A DNA stretch of 64,000 nucleotides, from the IMG/VR virus record IMGVR_UViG_3300001598_000036, positions 1 to 64,000 of that record. The stretch is one strand, 5' to 3'. Positions 58,192-64,000 of the stretch are shown here, one piece after another (position 1 is the stretch's first letter; each line of letters starts with the position of its first letter). The translations under genes were made by a program, and so were the position numbers. The notes beneath the pieces are model-generated. The model saw only the letters and a list, made by a program, of their open reading frames with translations, did not search any database and was not told where the DNA came from. Origin of the DNA: a virus (lineage: Duplodnaviria; Caudoviricetes).

Positions 58192-59980
58192 ATTCTCATT
58201 CTACTATTTCTGGAACAGATAGAACTGATTCACTCATATATTTTCCAATACCAATAGCATCTGCGACATCTTCATTTACACTTATATCATATCACTGTTT
58301 AATTAAATATTGAGTACTTCGTTTTTTATCCACCCTTGTATTATGAGTAACAATATAATCACCTACAAGAAATAAATGTTCTGGATTATCAACTAAAAAA
58401 CAAGTCATTTCTTCTTGATAATTTAAATATTCTATATTAATAATAGGATTATATTTAAATTTATAATTATTTATTAAATTATTTTTTTTATAATCTATAG
58501 TTACTAATTCTTTTTTTATATTTGGATTTCCATATAATGATACAATATATGATATTTGTTTCCCAAATCCTCTTGGCTGTACTAATTGTATATTACTACT
58601 TAATCCTAAACTAAAAACTATTTCTTGCACTTGATAGGCTAATGTTTTACTAATAGTAGTAAAACGCATTCTTCCACCACTCGTACTTCCATCAGTATCA
58701 ATTAAACCTTGTAATATCTGTATTCTATCTTCTATACTACTAGTTAAATACATTTGAGGTATAAATTTATTTTGAGAATTAGTATTTATTAATTCAGGAA
58801 ATTCAGATAAAAAATCTTTTATTTGTACATTTTTATGACCATATTTTTTTATTATTTTTTTATCTTTATAAGAAAAATAATAAGTATAATTTAGATTACC
58901 AGATTTTTTAATATCTCAATTCATTATAGAAGCAATTTTTTTAGGAAGAAAATCGTTTTTACTACTGAATTGTAATACTCGATTTTTATCTTTTCCTAAT
59001 CTAAAACTACCATCTCCAAGCATACATCCTAATATATATGGTAATATAGGTAATTCTTTTTTAGTATACTCAACTGGATAACAATAAGGAACTAATATTT
59101 TGTATTCTTTTCTAGAAGATTTAATTCCTATATTTATTATTTCTTCACAAGTTTTAGTTTTAAATTGTCTATTTTTTTTTGCTAGTTCTCTTTGTCTTAA
59201 AGTATTAAAACTTCATAAATGATCTTTACTACAATATATAAAACGTCCATCTTTAAAAGTAATTTTTACTACATCTAATTTACCCTGCGGATAAACAGCT
59301 AGTACTTTTGTTGGTTTACCTAAAGCGTCAAATAGTATATCATTAGTAGTAATTTCTCCTACAGTTTTTCATCCATTAATAGTAGGTATTTTTGTTGAAT
59401 TTGTAATACTTCTTCCTTTAACTCCACAATGATGTCTTCATGTATTCGTAGGACATATACTATATTTATATCCCAAATCGTAGCATAATTCTAGTAGAAT
59501 ACCTTGTAGGCGCGCGAGCTTCTCAAACGTAGTAACACCAAACGACTGTTGATACTGTATACCTTCAATACCAATATAATCTGGTTTCCATGCATCAAGC
59601 ATCGATATCAATCATACTTTTACTTCATGGTCGCGCGCAACATCATCAGCTAATTGCGTTTCAAAAGTTCCATAAGTAATTAATTCATCATTATCAAAAA
59701 CAGAGTATCCTGTTATTTTAGTAGATTGATCGAGCGCAAGTATTCGTTTTGCGCCCGACTTCTTTTTCCTAATTTTTGTATTGATATCTTTATACTGATT
59801 TGATGCACAAACAGGACACTCGCGCCGAGTACGTATTTTACCTCATGTAGAATATACTCGATGTCCTTCTTCACACACAAATACTAAAGGTTCATTTAAA
59901 TTTTTATATGTTTCACTAATACACTTTCAACCATATTCTTTTAATTCTTCGTTTATTGTATCTATTGAATATTTAGCCAT
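58190..59980 (-). CDS. RuvC-like Holliday junction resolvase with N-terminal zinc ribbon, intein-containing (TGA=Trp)
   Basis: ILALDQST..TGYSV, IGIEGI, P.TW, EDVADAIGI; C..GH...CPVC N-domain. Confidence 0.8.
58340..59410 (-). mobile_element. class 3 intein with LAGLIDADG endonuclease (357 aa)
   Basis: Block A SITNSTKIPTINGWKTVGEI, B DHLW, F MTCFLVD, G IVTHN/T; endonuclease motifs LGCMLGDG and QGLIDTDG. Confidence 0.85.
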
Positions 59981-60897
59981 TAGAATTGTCCTGACGAACC
60001 GAATCCGCCACCCCTATCTCCTTCGATTTCTCCAATATTTTCTACTTCTAACCAATTGACACTTGGTACTTCGACTAAACGCATCTGCGCAATACGCTGC
60101 CCTTTTTCAATAGTATATGGTTTTCCGTGTTCGATTGATTTTACTACAATCTTTCCACTTTCTAAAAAGTCATATTGTATATCTTGAATTGGATGTTCGA
60201 TATTTTCTACAATAATACCAATTTCATCTCTATATCCAGAATCAATAAGTCCTGGTGTATTAGCAATACGAAGTTTTGTTTTTACTGATTGTCCACTGCG
60301 CGGCTGAATAAGTAAAGCATATCCTTTTGGAATCGCAGTTTTAATTCCTGTTGGAATAATTTTAGTTTCTCCTGGAAGTATTTCTACTGTTTCAGTAGCA
60401 TATAAATCCATTGCGGCGTCACCGTCGTGCGCATATGAAGGAAGTTGGATTTCTTCACTAGTTTTTTCTATTGGAATAGTAATAATTGCTTTTGCTGTTC
60501 CATCGGCTTCAAGAAAAGTATTAGTAATAATAGTCATCATTCTTTTTAAGAAATCTACTTTATTTTGTGGCATTTCATCGCTTAAATTATTATCAATTTC
60601 TTCTAATACTTCTTTTTGTAACTGCGCAAAATCTTGAGTTGTTTTTCCCATTTCTCTCATTGTTTGCTGAAGAAGAATTCTATCTGCTGGAGTATTCATA
60701 GCTTTTTCTAATTCTTCTAAAAAGAAAGGGGCGAGAATATTAAATTCATTATCTGGCATAGAAAGAATTGCGCCAATTGATTCCATTCCAAATTGGTCAT
60801 CTCCTTCCATAGTGCTAAAAATATCCATTATTTCATCAAGTTTTGTTTCTTCTACTTTTTCTTCTAAATGTTCATCTATATTAATAATATCACTCAT
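59980..60897 (-). CDS. dut: trimeric dUTPase with acidic N-terminal extension
   Basis: AMDL, PRSG, GLIDSGYRDEI, RIAQ, RGGGFGSSG. Confidence 0.92.
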   Translation of the reverse strand: MSDIINIDEHLEEKVEETKLDEIMDIFSTMEGDDQFGMESIGAILSMPDNEFNILAPFFLEELEKAMNTPADRILLQQTMREMGKTTQDFAQLQKEVLEEIDNNLSDEMPQNKVDFLKRMMTIITNTFLEADGTAKAIITIPIEKTSEEIQLPSYAHDGDAAMDLYATETVEILPGETKIIPTGIKTAIPKGYALLIQPRSGQSVKTKLRIANTPGLIDSGYRDEIGIIVENIEHPIQDIQYDFLESGKIVVKSIEHGKPYTIEKGQRIAQMRLVEVPSVNWLEVENIGEIEGDRGGGFGSSGQF

Positions 60898-61160
60898 TAT
60901 TTATTTCCTCCGCATTTACATTCAGTATTTGAATGAGCTGTTGTTGTTACACTAGGATAATCTACGTAGTGAGTATATGACGGACTGGTAATAGTATAAT
61001 CTTTAGTAGTTTTAATAGGAGAATTCCATTTAATTGGAATATCTAATGTTCTTCTGCCATCGTTATATCCACCTTCATATACTTCATTAAGAATAGCTTC
61101 AAATTCTTCTTGTGAGAAATGAACTTCGCCATATTCATCTGCATAAAATACTTTAAACAT
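60897..61160 (-). CDS. hypothetical protein
   Basis: Coupled ORF, probable start MFKVFY. Confidence 0.65.
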   Translation of the reverse strand: MFKVFYADEYGEVHFSQEEFEAILNEVYEGGYNDGRRTLDIPIKWNSPIKTTKDYTITSPSYTHYVDYPSVTTTAHSNTECKCGGNK

Positions 61161-61381
61161 TATTCGTCTTCCTCCCAAATATCATTATGAATTTCTACAC
61201 ACTTACAAAGCCAGGCCTCTCCCACTATTTCTCCTTTTCTTTTTTTCGATTTATAAGTATAGCCAGCCGCGCCAACCATATATCCTTCTTCGTTTGCGCG
61301 AGTTCTAAAAGTTTCGCAAAAGTCTTTTGCTTCTTCTTCGCTATAAGCTCTTGATTCAATTGTTCTCTTAATCAGTTTCAT
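61160..61381 (-). CDS. hypothetical protein
   Basis: Coupled ORF with RBS. Confidence 0.7.
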   Translation of the reverse strand: MKLIKRTIESRAYSEEEAKDFCETFRTRANEEGYMVGAAGYTYKSKKRKGEIVGEAWLCKCVEIHNDIWEEDE

Positions 61382-61382
61382 T

Positions 61383-61610
61383 TTATTCTCCTTTATAAAT
61401 TTTTCTAAATTTTTCTTTGTTCCATCCGAATATATTATCTAATACATATAAAGTACACTCTTGTACTGCATCTATTTCTTCTTTAGTCATATATGGAAAA
61501 CACCAGTTTTCTTCTGTTCTATGCCATTTATCTATCCAATCTTCTTGTCCTTCTTCATATTCTAAATATCTATTTAGTAAATTTTCAAAAGCGTGTTCTA
61601 CTGGACTCAT
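61383..61610 (-). CDS. hypothetical protein
   Basis: Start MSPVEH overlaps the upstream TGA (ATGA). Confidence 0.6.
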   Translation of the reverse strand: MSPVEHAFENLLNRYLEYEEGQEDWIDKWHRTEENWCFPYMTKEEIDAVQECTLYVLDNIFGWNKEKFRKIYKGE

Positions 61611-62242
61611 TCTTTTTTCTCCAAACAAATTAATTCTTCTGCATAAGGTAATTCTCTAATTTTAAGACAAAATTCATACCATTCTTGAAGTTTATGTTGC
61701 TTGCGCGCGAAGTAGATATTTCTCAACGTCTGATAATTAGCAGTCCAAGTTCTCATTTGATTAAATGATTCTGGAAGCAATTGTATCATCGCGCGCCAAT
61801 AACGTTTATCTCCTGTGTTTAAATATAATTGTCTTAATTGTTCCAAATCACTTATTATCATATCCATAAATACATTTGGACTTCCGGTTGGATCGATTAA
61901 TTCTAAATCGCCATATCCATCCCAACTAAACATATCTTTTGTAATTGGTTTTTTTGTTAGTGTATGCATTGTACTTGTACTATTTGCAACTGTCGCTACT
62001 TTATACGTAGACATCTCTTTCCAAAAGTACAAACTGCTAGTGATATCCATAGTCACAAATATTTGACGCATAAATTTCGAATGGTCAGTACCGGCGCTAA
62101 TAAGTTTCTGCGCCAGTACCATATCCTTTTCACCTATATTTTCTCCATCACTATCAGAGAATCTCCAGCTATCATATGGATTTCTCATTCCTCTAATAGC
62201 GCCTTCTATATTAAATACTTTTATATTATCTATTTGAATCAT
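61607..62242 (-). CDS. ThyX-like (flavin-dependent thymidylate synthase-like) protein
   Basis: AIRGMRNP.DSW, DHSKFMRQI, NSTSTMH, QLLP.SFNQ.RT..NY..LRNIY.AR..HKL.EW; located among nucleotide metabolism genes. Confidence 0.6.
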   Translation of the reverse strand: MIQIDNIKVFNIEGAIRGMRNPYDSWRFSDSDGENIGEKDMVLAQKLISAGTDHSKFMRQIFVTMDITSSLYFWKEMSTYKVATVANSTSTMHTLTKKPITKDMFSWDGYGDLELIDPTGSPNVFMDMIISDLEQLRQLYLNTGDKRYWRAMIQLLPESFNQMRTWTANYQTLRNIYFARKQHKLQEWYEFCLKIRELPYAEELICLEKKE

Positions 62243-62447
62243 TCTGTGCCGCCTCCTTGCCTTCTAAATATCCAGTCATATGTTCATCTTGTAGTGTTTT
62301 TTGAATATTAGACCAAATAGAAGGAAAGCAACTTGCGCAAATATATTCAAAACTTACGTCCATATCGTTTACGCCTACATCGCGTCTTAATTTTTTAATT
62401 ACTTTCTCAAAATGGGAAAGTTTTGTGCTATCTATTTTCTTATCCAT
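62226..62447 (-). CDS. hypothetical protein
   Basis: Probable start MDKKID just after the RNR stop codon. Confidence 0.6.
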   Translation of the reverse strand: MDKKIDSTKLSHFEKVIKKLRRDVGVNDMDVSFEYICASCFPSIWSNIQKTLQDEHMTGYLEGKEAAQNDSNR

Positions 62448-62448
62448 A

Positions 62449-63965
62449 TTAATCACATTTACTCCATCCACAAGATTTACATATATTACATCCGCCTTCA
62501 AAAATTAATGGCGCTCCACAACTTGGACATTTTGGTTCCCATACTTTTTCATCATATACTACGGGATTTATTTTATACTTTATATCTTCTGAAAGTTTTA
62601 TTGACTTTTCTGATTTAGTAAAATTTTCTTTTGGTTTTAATTCTTTACCTTGAAAATCTTCCCACATTTCTTTAATTGCATATCCAATAGCCATTGGACA
62701 ACAAGAGCCTTTACTTGTATCTTTTTGTATTGCCGCACGTCTTGCATATGATGGACAAATTCCAGTTGACATAAGTTGGTCATATATATCTGTTACTGAT
62801 ATACCACCTCGCGCAGATAACGACATCATTCTTGAAAGTGCAATCATAAAATTGTTACAACCACCAGTAGAACCTTTACTAAGATATAATTCTACCAAAT
62901 CGCTACTATCTGCATCAAAAAAAGCAGTACAGTGAAGGGAACCGCATCCTGTCATAAGTTTACGCTTTAAACCAATAACATTATCGTGTGCTGATTTGAT
63001 TTCTCCTCTCTTAAATATATGAGTTTCACCAGAAATCATTTCGGTATATTCTTCTGTTTCTTCGGAATCTGCTACTAATATTGCCGCTCTCTTACATCCT
63101 GAACGGAAAATAGTAATTCCTTTCAATCCTTTTTCCCAAGCATACAAATATAAGTCGTATATTTCTTCAAGAGTAATTTCTTTTGGAAGATTAATAGTTG
63201 AACTGATAGCTGTATCTACGTGTCTTTGCATTATAGCTTGGATATCAATTCTATCTTTCCATTTTAAATCTGAAGAACAGACAAAAAAGTCAGGAAGTTC
63301 GAAATCTGCATCAGCATCTAATCCTAATATACTCTTATAATCAGTAATAGCTTTACTTTCTATATTATAACTATCTTTAAGGTTATCTGTATTTCTTGTA
63401 TAGTATAAACTAAACTCCGGTTCACATCCTCCAGTTACACCAAGCATCGTTCCTATCGAACCAGTCGGCGCGATACTAAGTAAGCTACAATTTCTTAATT
63501 TTCTATGTTTTAAATGTTTGATTTCCTCAGGAGTAAAATTGTCTTCAATAATCTTACTATCCCATATTGATGGATTGAATCCAGGAAATGCTCCTCTTTT
63601 TTCTGCTAAATCAGTATCATAAATTACTGCTGTTCTAAACATAAAGTCAAATAACATTTCTGTAAACTCTTTAGCTTCTTTAGAACCGTATGTTATTCCT
63701 AATTTAAATAACATATTAGCATATCCCATTACTCCAAGTCCAATATTTCTATACATCTTAGATGCTTTTTTCTGTTCTTTTAAAGCGTGTCTTTCAAGAT
63801 TTTCATCTATAATTGTATCAAGACCTTCTATTGCTATTTCTATTGCTTTTTCAAAAGAAGGGAAATCAAATTTAGCATCTGGTTGATATGGATTAATTAC
63901 GAATTCATTTAAGTTTAAACTACCAAGATTGCAACATCCATTTTTCATTAATGGTTGTTCGCCGC
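62449..63965 (-). CDS. nrdJ: class II (B12-dependent) ribonucleotide reductase, 3' exon
   Basis: GEQPL..GCCNLGSLNL, RNIGLGVMG, IAPTGS, AISSTINL, KGITIFR; C-terminal TSCPD-like domain and zinc ribbon. Confidence 0.88.
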
Positions 63966-64000
63966 CGATACCACACTTAGTTTCCTAAGCCGCATTGCTG
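63966..64000 (-). mobile_element. 3' end of a probable group I intron in nrdJ
   Basis: In-frame TAG upstream of GEQPL, CTTAG-GAAA-CTAAG GNRA hairpin and terminal G. An upstream exon ending in T would restore TGC GGC GAA (C-G-E). Confidence 0.65.

Noticed and set aside
6059-59980. Decayed prophage with many pseudogenes
   Set aside because: Breaks are TGA only, frames are preserved, and TGA falls at conserved Trp positions.
6059-59980. TGA=Gly (code 25) or selenocysteine
   Set aside because: Conserved-motif positions and the paralogue alignment indicate Trp.

Overview
AT-rich 64-kb segment of a large siphovirus-type phage, most likely infecting a Firmicutes host. TGA is read as Trp in many late genes, so the supplied ORF track is fragmented; I rebuilt the genes by hand with TGA=Trp. 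1-6 kb: small leftward early genes, mostly with their own sigma70-type promoter. They are separated by stereotyped non-coding blocks holding 24 CTTYA-N6-TRAAG palindromes (HisR/YerC TrpR-like operator pattern), three LexA boxes, two parS sites and a pair of NrdR-like boxes. This is a candidate decoy array for host transcription factors. 6-57.7 kb: rightward late region with a sigma-like regulator, a terminase split by a group I intron carrying an HNH gene, portal, protease/scaffold, capsid, tail tube, a 3951-aa tape measure, Dit, Tal and many fibre proteins. It ends in a diversity-generating retroelement (target with two VRs, avd, TR, RT) whose template repeat itself looks mutagenised. 58-64 kb: leftward DNA-metabolism genes, including a RuvC-like resolvase with a class 3 intein, dUTPase, a ThyX-like protein and class II RNR interrupted at its catalytic Cys codon. 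All calls rest on manual reading and recalled motifs; no database searches were run.
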